From positions 371,558 to 435,557 of the forward strand of contig CAYOAM010000001.1 in the NCBI GenBank assembly GCA_964402035.1: a stretch of DNA of 64,000 nt, written 5' to 3'. The notes beneath the pieces are model-generated. The model did not search any database, was not told the DNA's origin, and worked only from the letters and a program-made list of their open reading frames with translations. Below, piece by piece: positions 19,904 through 29,945 of the stretch. Each line of letters starts with the position of its first letter. Position 1 is the first letter of the stretch. Source of the DNA: an uncultured Candidatus Saccharibacteria bacterium. Its GTDB lineage: Bacteria > Patescibacteriota > Minisyncoccia > Phycocordibacterales > UBA918. A program made the translations under genes and the position numbers.

Positions 19904-21284
19904 GAAGATCACACTACTTATGCCTCAGAGCGATATGTATCGTAAGGGTGGGATTTTCCCGAAAGCCCTCCGGTATGCACCGCTTACACTCACAACTCTC
20001 GCAGCTTTGGTTCCAGAAGCTCTAAATGCCACTATCAAGTGCCATGACGAAGCTTCTGAAGTCTTTGATCCCGAGAAGTGTGATGCTGACATCGTCGGCA
20101 TCACCGTAATTACACCGACGTCAAAACGTGCGTATGCTTTTGCAAAAAAATTGCGCGCGCGAGGCATCTTTGTGGTTCTCGGTGGTGTCCATGTAACTCT
20201 TGTGCCTGAAGAGGCCCAAAAACATGCCGACGCAATCATCACTGGCTACGCAGAAGAGACATTGCCACAACTTTTGCGAGATTTTGCCAAGAAGCAGACT
20301 CGTAAGAGGTATGACCAAGGACATTCGTATCAGTTTCAAAGCGTGCCAATACCCCGACGAGACCTGCTCAACAGGAAGCCGTACGTAACCATGAACACTG
20401 TGCAAGCAGTGCGTGGGTGCCCATACAAGTGCACCTTCTGTGTAGTTCCGTCAGCTTGGCCTCAATATATGCACCGACCAATCAAAGAAGTCATTGCAGA
20501 AATTGAAGCCCTTGATGGGGACACGTTCTTATTCCTCGATTTGAGTCCTGTGGAAGATCGAAGGTACATCAAAGATCTTTATCGAGCTTTGATACCACTC
20601 AAGAAAAAATGGGGAGGCTTGTCTACGTTCACGATTTGCAAAGATCGTGAGATGCTTGAACTCGCTTCCAAGAGTGGTTGCCGAGGTTTGCTCATTGGTA
20701 TCGAATCAGTGAACCCATCAAACCTACACGAAATGAAGAAAGGGTTTAATAAGCCCGACTCCTACCGTGAGCAGATCAAAATGCTGCACGATCACGGAGT
20801 AGCAGTAAACGGCTGTTTCGTGTTTGGTATGGACGAGGATAACAAAGACGTCTTTGATAGGACGGCTGAGTTTGCAATCGAGACCGCCATTGACTTGCCG
20901 AGGTTTGCCGTGGCTACTCCTTTCCCTGGAACGCCGTTCTTCAAACAACTGCAATCTGAGAAAAGGATACAGAGCTACGACTGGAGCTTGTACAGTGGCC
21001 AACACGTCTTGTTCCAACCAAAGCAAATGACCGCCGAAGAGTTGCATCAAGGTATTCGTAGGACATGGAAAGAGGTTTACAGGCTTGGTTCGGTTTGGAA
21101 GAGAATCTTTTCTTCTGAGGCGAGCAGAGACTGGGACTTACTCAAAGTGTCCATCCCTGCAAACTTGGGTTACGCCGCGTATTCAAAATTTCTCCCACCA
21201 TTCATTTCGATGTCGTGTGGGGAGGAAGATATGTGGCTACCTGAGACAGTGCAACAATCACCAATCGTTCTCAACAGACTCTAG
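19904..21284 (+). CDS. B12-binding domain radical SAM protein (class B radical SAM methyltransferase-like)
   Basis: N-terminal B12-binding-like region, then the CxxxCxxC cluster RGCPYKCTFCVV. The start is set at MKITLLMPQ, which is typical for the family. Confidence 0.8.
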
Positions 21285-21292
21285 GAGGTTTT

Positions 21293-22687
21293 ATGCGTAT
21301 TCTATTTGTCACTCCTCATGTCGGACGAAAGTCTGATATGAGGTATGTGCGAACGTGGCAAATGGAGCCGCTCACCATTGCCACGCTCGCAGCACTAACA
21401 CCGAATGATGTGGAAATTGAGTATGTCGATGAACGCTTAGGCGAACGCATCGACTACTCTGTCCACAGGGACTTGGTCATCATCACGGTAGAAACCTATA
21501 CAGCAAAGAGATCTTACGAAATCTGCGCTGAATGCCGTGAACATGGTCTCCCTACCTTAATCGGCGGGTACCATGTAATGCTCTTGCCCCAAGAAGCACA
21601 GAAGTACGGAGACTCCATAATGGTCGGCTTCGCCGAGCCATTGTGGGAGGAGATGATTTCTGACGCAAAGAAAGGAAGTCTGAAACCTCTCTACGTTCAA
21701 GATAGAACGGTGAAATACCCGTTCGTTATTCCACGCAGAGACATTTTCGGAGGGAGAAACTACTTCAACCTCCACTGCGTGGAAACTGGACGTGGATGTC
21801 CTCTCACGTGCGAGTTTTGCTCGATTACGGCCGTAACAGGTGCAACATACATTGCACGGCCAATAGACAGAGTCGTGGAAGATATTCGATCCCTCAAAGG
21901 AAACAATATATTCCTCGTCGAAGATAACTTCGTTGGCAACAAGCGACACGCCAAGGAATTACTTCGAGCAATGATTCCCCTCAAAATCAATTGGGTTGGC
22001 CAAGGAACACTCAACATGGCCAATGACGAGGAATTACTTGAACTCATGAAAGCAAGTGGGTGTGCAGGGGTGTTGATCGGCTTTGAGTCGCTTAAAAGGG
22101 AGACCTTGATGGCGATGAACAAACCAATCAATACAAGGTTCGACTACGAGAAGTCAATCAAGCAATTGCACCGGTACGGCATCGCACTCTACGGTACGTT
22201 TATCTTCGGGTATGACACCGAGAGTGTGGAAGACATCCGCCTTACTGTCGAAAAAGCAATCGACTTCGGCATCTTCATGGCCGCATTCAATCACTTACTA
22301 CCGTTCCCTGGTACGCCAACGCATGACAGGCTTCAAGCTGAAAAGAGGTTGGTGTATGACAAGTGGTGGCTGTCCCCCGAGTTTCGATTTGGGGAAGTTC
22401 CATTTCACCCGAAAAGTATGTCTCGGGAGAGACTGCATGAAGAATGTTTGCGAGCACGTGAACGTTTCTACAGCATGTCATCAATTCTGCGAAGAGGTGT
22501 TGAAAACATCCAAGGTAACTGCGGTTCTTTGAAGAAAATCGGTGCATACACGTGGATCAACTATTTGCTTCGGCGAGAAGTTGCCGAAAAAGATGGTTTG
22601 CCACTTGGTAATCACCCATTTGTACCAAAACCAAACGAAAGGAGTCCTGGGCATGAAGCGTTTCCTATTCGGATCCGAAGTGCATGA
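21293..22687 (+). CDS. B12-binding domain radical SAM protein (paralog of the preceding gene)
   Basis: MRILFVTPH start and the radical SAM cluster RGCPLTCEFCSI. Same domain order as the upstream paralog. Confidence 0.8.
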   Translation: MRILFVTPHVGRKSDMRYVRTWQMEPLTIATLAALTPNDVEIEYVDERLGERIDYSVHRDLVIITVETYTAKRSYEICAECREHGLPTLIGGYHVMLLPQEAQKYGDSIMVGFAEPLWEEMISDAKKGSLKPLYVQDRTVKYPFVIPRRDIFGGRNYFNLHCVETGRGCPLTCEFCSITAVTGATYIARPIDRVVEDIRSLKGNNIFLVEDNFVGNKRHAKELLRAMIPLKINWVGQGTLNMANDEELLELMKASGCAGVLIGFESLKRETLMAMNKPINTRFDYEKSIKQLHRYGIALYGTFIFGYDTESVEDIRLTVEKAIDFGIFMAAFNHLLPFPGTPTHDRLQAEKRLVYDKWWLSPEFRFGEVPFHPKSMSRERLHEECLRARERFYSMSSILRRGVENIQGNCGSLKKIGAYTWINYLLRREVAEKDGLPLGNHPFVPKPNERSPGHEAFPIRIRSA

Positions 22688-23726
22688 CGAAGCGTGTCGT
22701 GCAATACTTCGAGAAAGTTCGATGGGAAAAGACGTTAGGCTCTCGTTTCGACGGGAGCCTTCTTTTTTTCCAGCAGAAAAAATCACCAACACGTGGTCAC
22801 AACTAGTCGTCTTACTAGACGACGAAAACGACAAAGTGCTTGGCTTCGGTGTAAGGTCAGGAAGACCATACTGGCTCAATGGTCAAGAAGTTGAACTCGG
22901 TTACATCAGTCAACTCAGACTCGTTCCTGAGTTCAGAAATGGACTCTATCTTGCGAAAGGATACAGGAAGTTCAAGGAGTTACACGAACAAGATGGAAAG
23001 GTTCCGTTCTACATTACAACAGTGTTTTCAGACAACGAAATAGCGAGGTCAACACTAGAAAGTAAACGGGTTGGGTTACCGTCCTACAGACCTCTCGACG
23101 AATTATCCTCGTACTTTTTCATTGCACAGAAAGCGCACAGTGAGTCAGCCGAAGCTACACATCAGGCTGATATCGTTGAGGTGCTGACAAAATACAATGA
23201 AGAAGTGCGGGGCGGAAGTCTTGCAACGAGGTACGACGGAAACACGATGTCGTGGATGGCACTGGTTGATCATGAAGCAGTTGCGGTGCACACCAGTAAT
23301 TTCACAGCTTCGGCAGTACTTGTAGATTTCTCAAACGTTAAGCAAGTGGTTATTGATGGGTACTCAATGCCTTACAAAATAATCACAGGACTCGCAAGAG
23401 CCACTGCTCTATTTTTGGGAATTAGACCACCACCAAAGGTCGGTTCACACCTGAGATCTCTCTACCTGACCGCTATGAGTATCACAGGTGACAGAGAAGA
23501 TGGATTTAATACGTTGTTGCAACACGCAAGAGACAGAGCCTTCAAAAGAAACTGTCACGGGGTTGTGTGTGGACTTAGTTCTCGTAGTTCTTTTAATCAG
23601 CACGCAAACCGGATGTGCATCAGCATCACAAAAAGTATTCTGTATGCTGTTGCATGGGACGAGAGCGTGATACCGAAAATAGATGCCGACACTAATCAAA
23701 TCAATGTCGAAGTCGCCACCTTATAG
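22653..23726 (+). CDS. hypothetical protein, GNAT-like acyltransferase suspected
   Basis: The start is set at the Met preceded by AAAGGAG (22637-22643). It overlaps the upstream radical SAM stop by 35 nt. The core LVVLLDDENDKVLGFGV...LGYISQLRLVPEFRNG resembles the GNAT beta-strand/P-loop region. Confidence 0.4.
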   Translation: MKRFLFGSEVHDEACRAILRESSMGKDVRLSFRREPSFFPAEKITNTWSQLVVLLDDENDKVLGFGVRSGRPYWLNGQEVELGYISQLRLVPEFRNGLYLAKGYRKFKELHEQDGKVPFYITTVFSDNEIARSTLESKRVGLPSYRPLDELSSYFFIAQKAHSESAEATHQADIVEVLTKYNEEVRGGSLATRYDGNTMSWMALVDHEAVAVHTSNFTASAVLVDFSNVKQVVIDGYSMPYKIITGLARATALFLGIRPPPKVGSHLRSLYLTAMSITGDREDGFNTLLQHARDRAFKRNCHGVVCGLSSRSSFNQHANRMCISITKSILYAVAWDESVIPKIDADTNQINVEVATL

Positions 23727-23808
23727 CCATTCGTTGCGGAATGGCTATTTTTATAATGCTGTGATAGATTTTCATAAGTTTTTTGTTCATTGTCAAGGAG
23801 CACACACC

Positions 23809-24510
23809 ATGAGTAAAATTATCGGAACGCTTGAGCCTGTATGGTCATGTGGACCAGAAATAAAGCAGGCCTGTTTTGAACTACTGTCACGACATTTTCA
23901 AGGAGTGACGTGGAAGCAGTTCAACTCTGACTTTCATGAAAAACAGTACGTTGCACTTTTGAGGAAAAATGATCGGATTGTCGGTTTTTCAACTATGACA
24001 ATTCTCCCCATATTTCTTTCAGAGGGTCATGCCATGAACGTCGCCTTCTCTGGCGACACGATTGTTGAATTTGAAGACAGGAATACAACTGAACTGGGAA
24101 AGTCACTGGCTTCCTTCTTCCGAGAGGTAATATCTGTTCATGGTGATGGAAACGTATGGTACGTACTTATCTCGAAAGGATGGCGTACATATAAAGCAAT
24201 GGAATTTATGTTCCACCGTTTTGCGCCACATGCCCATCAGAAACTTTCGGGTCTCGAAAAAGAAGTCATTGTTGGATTCGGAAAGGAAAAGTACCTGTCT
24301 CGTTTTGATGAGAAAAGTCTCATCATTAAAGCGCTTGACGGCGATCAAAAACTGCAACCAAATTCACCTGACCTGAAAGTCCCTCCTTCAGAGCTGGGGG
24401 CGTTCTTTATTGAGCGGAACCCCGGCTTTGCAAATGGTGACGAACTTGTTTGTGTGGCTCGGTTGTCCTACAACAATTTTACTGAGAGGTTTAAGCGATG
24501 TTTCAGATAA
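23809..24510 (+). CDS. OlsB/FeeM-like N-acyltransferase (Acetyltransf_5-like), putative N-acyl amino acid/aminolipid synthase
   Basis: The start is set at the Met preceded by AAGGAG (23795-23800). ~234 aa. The segments ALLRKNDRIVGFSTMTILP and AFSGDTIVEFEDR match the pattern of ornithine-lipid OlsB / long-chain N-acyl amino acid synthases. Confidence 0.45.
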   Translation: MSKIIGTLEPVWSCGPEIKQACFELLSRHFQGVTWKQFNSDFHEKQYVALLRKNDRIVGFSTMTILPIFLSEGHAMNVAFSGDTIVEFEDRNTTELGKSLASFFREVISVHGDGNVWYVLISKGWRTYKAMEFMFHRFAPHAHQKLSGLEKEVIVGFGKEKYLSRFDEKSLIIKALDGDQKLQPNSPDLKVPPSELGAFFIERNPGFANGDELVCVARLSYNNFTERFKRCFR

Positions 24511-25940
24511 AGCTACTGCTATGCAATATAGTGCTGTGGCTGTCGTTGCTACCTGAAGCGACACGCTACATCATTGCATTTCTATTTCCGAAACGAGCTC
24601 AGAAAAAAGTACTCATGCAAATCCTTAAGAAGATGAGCATGGACATATCTGAGTTCAGTAATCGCCCTGTCACCAGATATGACGATTACACGGGACAAAT
24701 CGAAGTACTGAAAGAAACAGGAGTTCACCCTACCTACCATGAAGAAGTAACGCGACTGTGTCCAACAAGTGGCACCTCGGGAGGAAGTAAGCTCATACCG
24801 TACACAAAGAGCCTTAAGGGTGCATTCCAAAGTGGATTATACCCTTGGATCTTCTTTATGTACCTGAGATTTCCTTCGCTATTTCTCAAGCGCCAATACT
24901 GGTCAATCACACCAATTATTCAGACCAAAACTGATGATGCTACAAGCAAAGTCAAGATTGGGTTTGAAGACGACGAGGAATACGTTGGTGCTCTGCAGCG
25001 TCACATTACGAAGACGGTATGGGTTGATACGAAAAGGATTACCCACAACTGTCCTGATGTTGAAGCATTTCTTTCCCGACTTGGGGCGAAGTTAAGCAAA
25101 GAGAAGAGGCTGGGTTTAGTTTCAGTCTGGAGCCCGAGTTTAATTTCCTTGCTGGTAAGAAAGTATGGGGGGATACTACCGAAGAATCTTGTTCTCAGCT
25201 CATGGGCACACGGTTATTCAAAGGCGGAATCAGAAAATGTAGTTCAAATTCTCAAGGCAGAGTTACAGCCGAAAGGACTGTTATCTACGGAAGCTTGCGT
25301 CACAATCCCGATCGGCACTGACACCTTTCTACTTTCGTACAATTCACACTATTACGAATTTAGAGACACCAATACGGATAAGCTGGAAACAGCCACAACT
25401 GTAGAGGTTAGTCATGAGTACGAAGTGGTTGTAACCACGCAAAGTGGGTTTGTGCGATACGCCACAGGAGACGTAGTGAGAGTGGTAAAATTTGCGCTTG
25501 GCAGACCCTCTTGCGTGTTCATTGGAAGGATAGGAGTTACAGACCTATTCGGAGAGAAACTTGACGAACGCACTATTGAGAAAGCAGTTGGTGAGCTTTT
25601 GGGCGAACAGAAGACTGAGGAGTCGTTTTGGTTCTTTGCCCCAACAAGAAACCATGACGAATCAATTTCCTACACATTGTTCGCTGGATCAAATGTAGTA
25701 GGTGCTTCGTTACCAGAAAGTCTTGATACTCTGTTACGGACCTCGTATCACTATAACTATTGCAGAGAGCTCGGTCAGCTGGCGCAAGCAAGGATTTTTG
25801 TCATTGAAGATTCTTCGCCAGAAGTACGGTTTATCGAGATATGTTCACGTGAAGGTGGTACTCGACTGGGAGACATCAAGATAGGTCGAATCTCAAAAAG
25901 GTTCGACTGGAATCAACTGTTTTCAGGTCATTTCGTTTAG
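24498..25940 (+). CDS. GH3 auxin-responsive-promoter family protein (acyl-acid amido synthetase-type adenylating enzyme)
   Basis: The GH3 signature TSGTSGGSKLIPYTKS matches SSGTSGG-KLIP. 480 aa. 13-nt overlap with the upstream gene. Confidence 0.7.
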   Translation: MFQIKLLLCNIVLWLSLLPEATRYIIAFLFPKRAQKKVLMQILKKMSMDISEFSNRPVTRYDDYTGQIEVLKETGVHPTYHEEVTRLCPTSGTSGGSKLIPYTKSLKGAFQSGLYPWIFFMYLRFPSLFLKRQYWSITPIIQTKTDDATSKVKIGFEDDEEYVGALQRHITKTVWVDTKRITHNCPDVEAFLSRLGAKLSKEKRLGLVSVWSPSLISLLVRKYGGILPKNLVLSSWAHGYSKAESENVVQILKAELQPKGLLSTEACVTIPIGTDTFLLSYNSHYYEFRDTNTDKLETATTVEVSHEYEVVVTTQSGFVRYATGDVVRVVKFALGRPSCVFIGRIGVTDLFGEKLDERTIEKAVGELLGEQKTEESFWFFAPTRNHDESISYTLFAGSNVVGASLPESLDTLLRTSYHYNYCRELGQLAQARIFVIEDSSPEVRFIEICSREGGTRLGDIKIGRISKRFDWNQLFSGHFV

Positions 25941-25971
25941 GGCTCGGTCATTTGATCGAGCCCTTCTTTTT
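25940..25971 (+). terminator. rho-independent terminator after the GH3 gene, with a second hairpin at 25981-26010 serving convergent dedA
   Basis: gggctcggtca-tttga-tcgagccc followed by TTCTTTTT. The hairpin gatcccaccg...cggtgggtc is followed by a T-run on the minus strand. Confidence 0.55.
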
Positions 25972-26023
25972 GATAAAAAAGATCCCACCGCATTATCTAC
26001 GGTGGGTCTCATAAAGGTCAGTG

Positions 26024-26596
26024 TCATCTTGGTTGGATACTCTTTACGTATTTGTAGAATATGTAGATGGCTCCACCTGCAAGAATAAGTAGCCCAGCAC
26101 TGTACCAACCAAATGTGCCATCACCGTAATTCCTGCCGAAGTAGTAGCCAAAGTACGTCAGTCCTAGTGCCCATAAAAATGATGTGACCGCGATAATCAC
26201 AAAATACAAGGCACGATTCATTTCAGCAATACCTGCTACGACAGGAACAACGACTTTAACCCCTGGAAGAAATTTCCCGAAAAAGATAACTGCGGAGCCA
26301 CGTCTAGCAAAAGCAATCTGTAACTTAGCAATTTTTTCTTCTGAGAATCCTTTCCATTTTCTCACGTATACTATGCCTTTACTCCGGGATGCTTCATACA
26401 GAATCGTATTTCCGATGATATTCCCGATGGTTCCTGACACCGCAATCAACAATATCGACAATTCGATTGTTGGTGCAAAAAATCCTGCGGTGACGTATAC
26501 AAACTGACTTGACGGTAAGCTGATTACGCCGTTTGTGATCATAAAGATCACAATGGCAAGATAGCCAAACGTCACGATGGTTGTTTCGATAGTCAT
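26024..26596 (-). CDS. DedA/TVP38 family membrane protein
   Basis: 190 aa. The conserved DedA segment VTAGFFAPTIELSILLIAVSGTIGNIIGNTILYEASRS. Confidence 0.75.
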   Translation of the reverse strand: MTIETTIVTFGYLAIVIFMITNGVISLPSSQFVYVTAGFFAPTIELSILLIAVSGTIGNIIGNTILYEASRSKGIVYVRKWKGFSEEKIAKLQIAFARRGSAVIFFGKFLPGVKVVVPVVAGIAEMNRALYFVIIAVTSFLWALGLTYFGYYFGRNYGDGTFGWYSAGLLILAGGAIYIFYKYVKSIQPR

Positions 26597-26694
26597 GGCG
26601 ACCTCCCATAGCGTTAAACATCAAAATTCCATTACGACTCTACCATATAAATCCTAGTTCCCTAAGCTCTATAAAAAATACTTCTTGAACTACA

Positions 26695-27423
26695 CTAGTG
26701 TGAAAAGAAAGCCTCAGTATAGATTTGTTCCTCACGGATATTTGCATTTATTAATCCATTCCACATATCTCTCACAAAGTGTATGGAACCACAGATAAAA
26801 TACTCATCGTTACTTGATCCATCCCCTCTGCAATTAACCTCCTCAACAATTAGAGCGGGGGACATCCTGCCTTTTCTGTATGTACCTGAGACAATATCAT
26901 CTTTGGTGATAAAAAAAGTTGCTTGGATGTTAGAATTTTTCTCTACTATTTCTTCCAGTTCGCCTTTAAAGAGGATTGATTCAATAAATGAATTACTGTA
27001 AAAAAGTTCTATTTTTCTTTCTACATTATTTTTTAGAAAATGCCCAAGCATACTCATGATTGGTGTAATACCAATCCCTGCAATAATAAAAATAAGTCTT
27101 GTTTCATTGTTTTCAGTATAAAAATAACCGTAGGGATCAGACGCTTCTATAGTGTCTCCAGCATTTAAATTAGATAGATGCTTAGAAAATTCCCCCATTT
27201 CTTTAACTGTAATAGCGAGAAAGTTGTCTTGAGGCGCACTTGAAATACTGTATGATTTTCCCTCGGTAATAGATGGATCCTGAAGAAAAATATTTATGTA
27301 TTGACCAGGGATGAAAGCAGGGACAGATGATTCTGTTTGTGTGACTAGTTGAATGGTAACCACGTCATCCAGCTCTCTTTTCTTGTCAATCACTTTATAG
27401 GTTCTCTTACTTGTCTGATGCAT
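26695..27423 (-). CDS. FAD/NAD(P)-binding oxidoreductase, ferredoxin-NADP reductase-like
   Basis: FAD-binding RxYS-type motif (KSYSISS) after a beta-barrel segment (GQYINIF), then a Rossmann-like GxGxxP (IIAGIGITPIMSM). Confidence 0.6.
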   Translation of the reverse strand: MHQTSKRTYKVIDKKRELDDVVTIQLVTQTESSVPAFIPGQYINIFLQDPSITEGKSYSISSAPQDNFLAITVKEMGEFSKHLSNLNAGDTIEASDPYGYFYTENNETRLIFIIAGIGITPIMSMLGHFLKNNVERKIELFYSNSFIESILFKGELEEIVEKNSNIQATFFITKDDIVSGTYRKGRMSPALIVEEVNCRGDGSSNDEYFICGSIHFVRDMWNGLINANIREEQIYTEAFFSH

Positions 27424-27874
27424 ATACTGTTTCGTAATTTTTTATCGCTTCTCGTAGTGCTAAGTGTCCAAGTACGGAACAATGATACTTCCTGTCTGGT
27501 AATCCTATTAACCTAGTCACAATTGCTTCTGGTGTTAATCGTTTTGCTCGTTTCAATGTCATTCCACCATTTTCCGTCACCATGATAGACATCATTGAAG
27601 TCGAGGCCACCGCAGATGGACACCCAAACGTCTTCCACTTACATTCAGAGATACTTTTCGTATCTTCCATTACCTTTATCCATACAGCCATCATATCTCC
27701 ACAAGTAGCACTCCCCACAACGCCATAACCATCTGCATCATACTGCGATTCGTCAATCAAACAGTTTTGGGGGTTAAAAAAATGCTCTTTTACGGTATCG
27801 CTATACAACCAACCGAGCTGCTCTGCTTCTTTCTTACTAGCTTTAGAAAAGAGTTTTTGAAAAAAGTTTTTCAT
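27407..27874 (-). CDS. iscU: Fe-S cluster assembly scaffold, NifU/IscU N-terminal domain type
   Basis: GSATCGDMM (matching GSPACGD) and KYHCSVLG (matching KLHCSMLA) scaffold cysteines. Adjacent to the cysteine desulfurase gene. Confidence 0.8.
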   Translation of the reverse strand: MKNFFQKLFSKASKKEAEQLGWLYSDTVKEHFFNPQNCLIDESQYDADGYGVVGSATCGDMMAVWIKVMEDTKSISECKWKTFGCPSAVASTSMMSIMVTENGGMTLKRAKRLTPEAIVTRLIGLPDRKYHCSVLGHLALREAIKNYETVYASDK

Positions 27875-29058
27875 AGCTCGGAAAGTGGAGATAAGTTTGT
27901 TAACGTACTCACGACCTGTGGAAATACTTTAAGAAAATAATCAATCTCTTTTTTTGTTGTGAATCTACCCATGGAAATCCTTAAACTTCCGTGAATCAAT
28001 TCGGGATTTTGTCCAATAGCAGTAAGTACATAGGATGGTCGTAAATCAGTTGCGGAACACGCTGATCCTGTTGAGACACAAATACCATGACTATCAAGCA
28101 TCATGAGCATCGACTCACCCTCTATACTTGGAATTGTTATATGCACCATCGAGGGCACACAGGCGACTTGATCACCATTAAACAGAACCTGAGGAATTTT
28201 CTTTTCCAATTCAGTACGCAAATATTTCTGTAGAACTTCTAATCGTTTGTGTTCGGTCTCTCTTTTCTCATTTGTAATAAATAGTGCTTTAGCAAAACCT
28301 ACAATCAGTGGCACACTTTCCGTTCCTGCTCGGAGATTATTCTCTTGACCCCCGCCAAGAATAAGAGCCTCAATCTTAATCCCAGTTTTTTTGTATAGTA
28401 AGCCCACCCCATTTGGACCGTACACTTTTGAGCTGTTCAGCGTTAAAAGATCTACGCCTAAAGTTTCCACATTAACAGGAAGCAATGTTATAGCTTGGCA
28501 AGCATCAACATGGAGCAAAGGAAGATTATTATGTTTAATTTGTGAAATTCTTGCAGACAGCTCTTCAATCGGTTGTATGGTACCTATCTCATTATTTACA
28601 AGCATTACAGAAATCAAAATTGTTCCATCGGTGATAAATTTTGCGCATTCATCGACATCAATAATCCCCTTCGCATTGGCCGGCACGACACTCACTCGAA
28701 ATCCCTCTCGTTCTAAACTATGCACCGCCTCTAGATTCGACTTATGTTCTATGTTGGAAATAATAATATGGTTTCCCCTATCTTTATAGGCCCTCGCCGC
28801 ACCAACAATAGCCATATTATTTGATTCAGTACCAGAGCCCGTAAAGATGATTTCTTCAGATCTTGCTCCTATGATTTGTGCAATTGATGTACGGGCATCT
28901 TCGATTGCCTTTCTGGATCGTCGTCCGCGGATATGAAGCGATGACGGATTCCCATAAGATTGATCAAAAAAAGGCACCATGCAAGCAGTGACCTCTCTGT
29001 CTATAGGTGTACTGGCGGCGTAATCCAAATACACCTCCTTATGTGAATGGAAAAACAT
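27871..29058 (-). CDS. iscS: cysteine desulfurase (NifS/IscS, class V aminotransferase)
   Basis: PLP-lysine region SSKVYGPNGVGLLY (matching SGHKIYGPKGVGALY) and the active-site-loop Cys in SACSA. The start is trimmed to MFFHSHKEVYLDYAAS, which is preceded by GGAG. The longer ORF-track start lacks homology. Confidence 0.85.
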   Translation of the reverse strand: MFFHSHKEVYLDYAASTPIDREVTACMVPFFDQSYGNPSSLHIRGRRSRKAIEDARTSIAQIIGARSEEIIFTGSGTESNNMAIVGAARAYKDRGNHIIISNIEHKSNLEAVHSLEREGFRVSVVPANAKGIIDVDECAKFITDGTILISVMLVNNEIGTIQPIEELSARISQIKHNNLPLLHVDACQAITLLPVNVETLGVDLLTLNSSKVYGPNGVGLLYKKTGIKIEALILGGGQENNLRAGTESVPLIVGFAKALFITNEKRETEHKRLEVLQKYLRTELEKKIPQVLFNGDQVACVPSMVHITIPSIEGESMLMMLDSHGICVSTGSACSATDLRPSYVLTAIGQNPELIHGSLRISMGRFTTKKEIDYFLKVFPQVVSTLTNLSPLSEL

Positions 29059-29463
29059 AGGGTCTCCAGTGCGTAACGATCCTAGTCTAACATAAATAGG
29101 CAGTACCCACATCGAATATGCCTTGTAAGTACAGATATGCAACATTATTCTTGAAATACGCCAAACAAAGCTGCTCCACATATAAAAATGATTAGCATCG
29201 CTGCACATCATTGTCTAAAGTAGAATTAAGCGACTCATCATAGTACTATGTCTTCTGTACACTATCGGGAGGCGTTACCCCATCCACGCAAAGACGAGCA
29301 ATACGTCCAACAATCTTTTCAAACAAGTTGAAGATGTGGCGAGCCAAACGAGCTGTTTTGTGTGCAAATCTAAATGACGTCTAAATTCGTTACAGTGCCC
29401 ATTTCTTCTCTGTACAAAAAACTATCCGGCACCCTATCCCATGGGTTATAATTTGAAGCAACC

Positions 29464-29814
29464 ATGTTCAAATGGATTAAAAAAATTTACAGAGCTGTTC
29501 GCCCCCTCTCTCGCCTGGGACTCTTGGAGCAGAAACTGGTTGATTTAAAGGATACGGATATTCGCAATGCTGCTGAACACGCCTATGCATTGGCGATCAT
29601 TTATAAGAAAAAAGGAGACACTGCAAAAGCAATCGATTTTGGCCTTGAGTCTCTTGCTCTGTTTGACCGTTCTAAACTTCGCGCTGAATGGGACAGCACA
29701 AGGCATAACACAGTAATAGGCGGCATAACAATCCCTGAAATAATCCACCAAGGCATAGTGCGTGAGCACCTAAAACCCCTCGAACTTAAACACCCTCCAA
29801 AGAAAGAAACGTGA
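29464..29814 (+). CDS. hypothetical protein
   Basis: 116-aa ORF with coding-like composition. No motif. Confidence 0.3.
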   Translation: MFKWIKKIYRAVRPLSRLGLLEQKLVDLKDTDIRNAAEHAYALAIIYKKKGDTAKAIDFGLESLALFDRSKLRAEWDSTRHNTVIGGITIPEIIHQGIVREHLKPLELKHPPKKET

Positions 29815-29945
29815 CCTCTTTTGATTCATACGCGCCTCCCAGCAGTGTGAGGTAAGAAAAATATAAAAAAATCGCCGCTATCTCTAAGGAATGCGGCGGT
29901 TGTTTTGTTAGGTAAGAATAACTTAACTAAAGATGAGGAGCTTCT

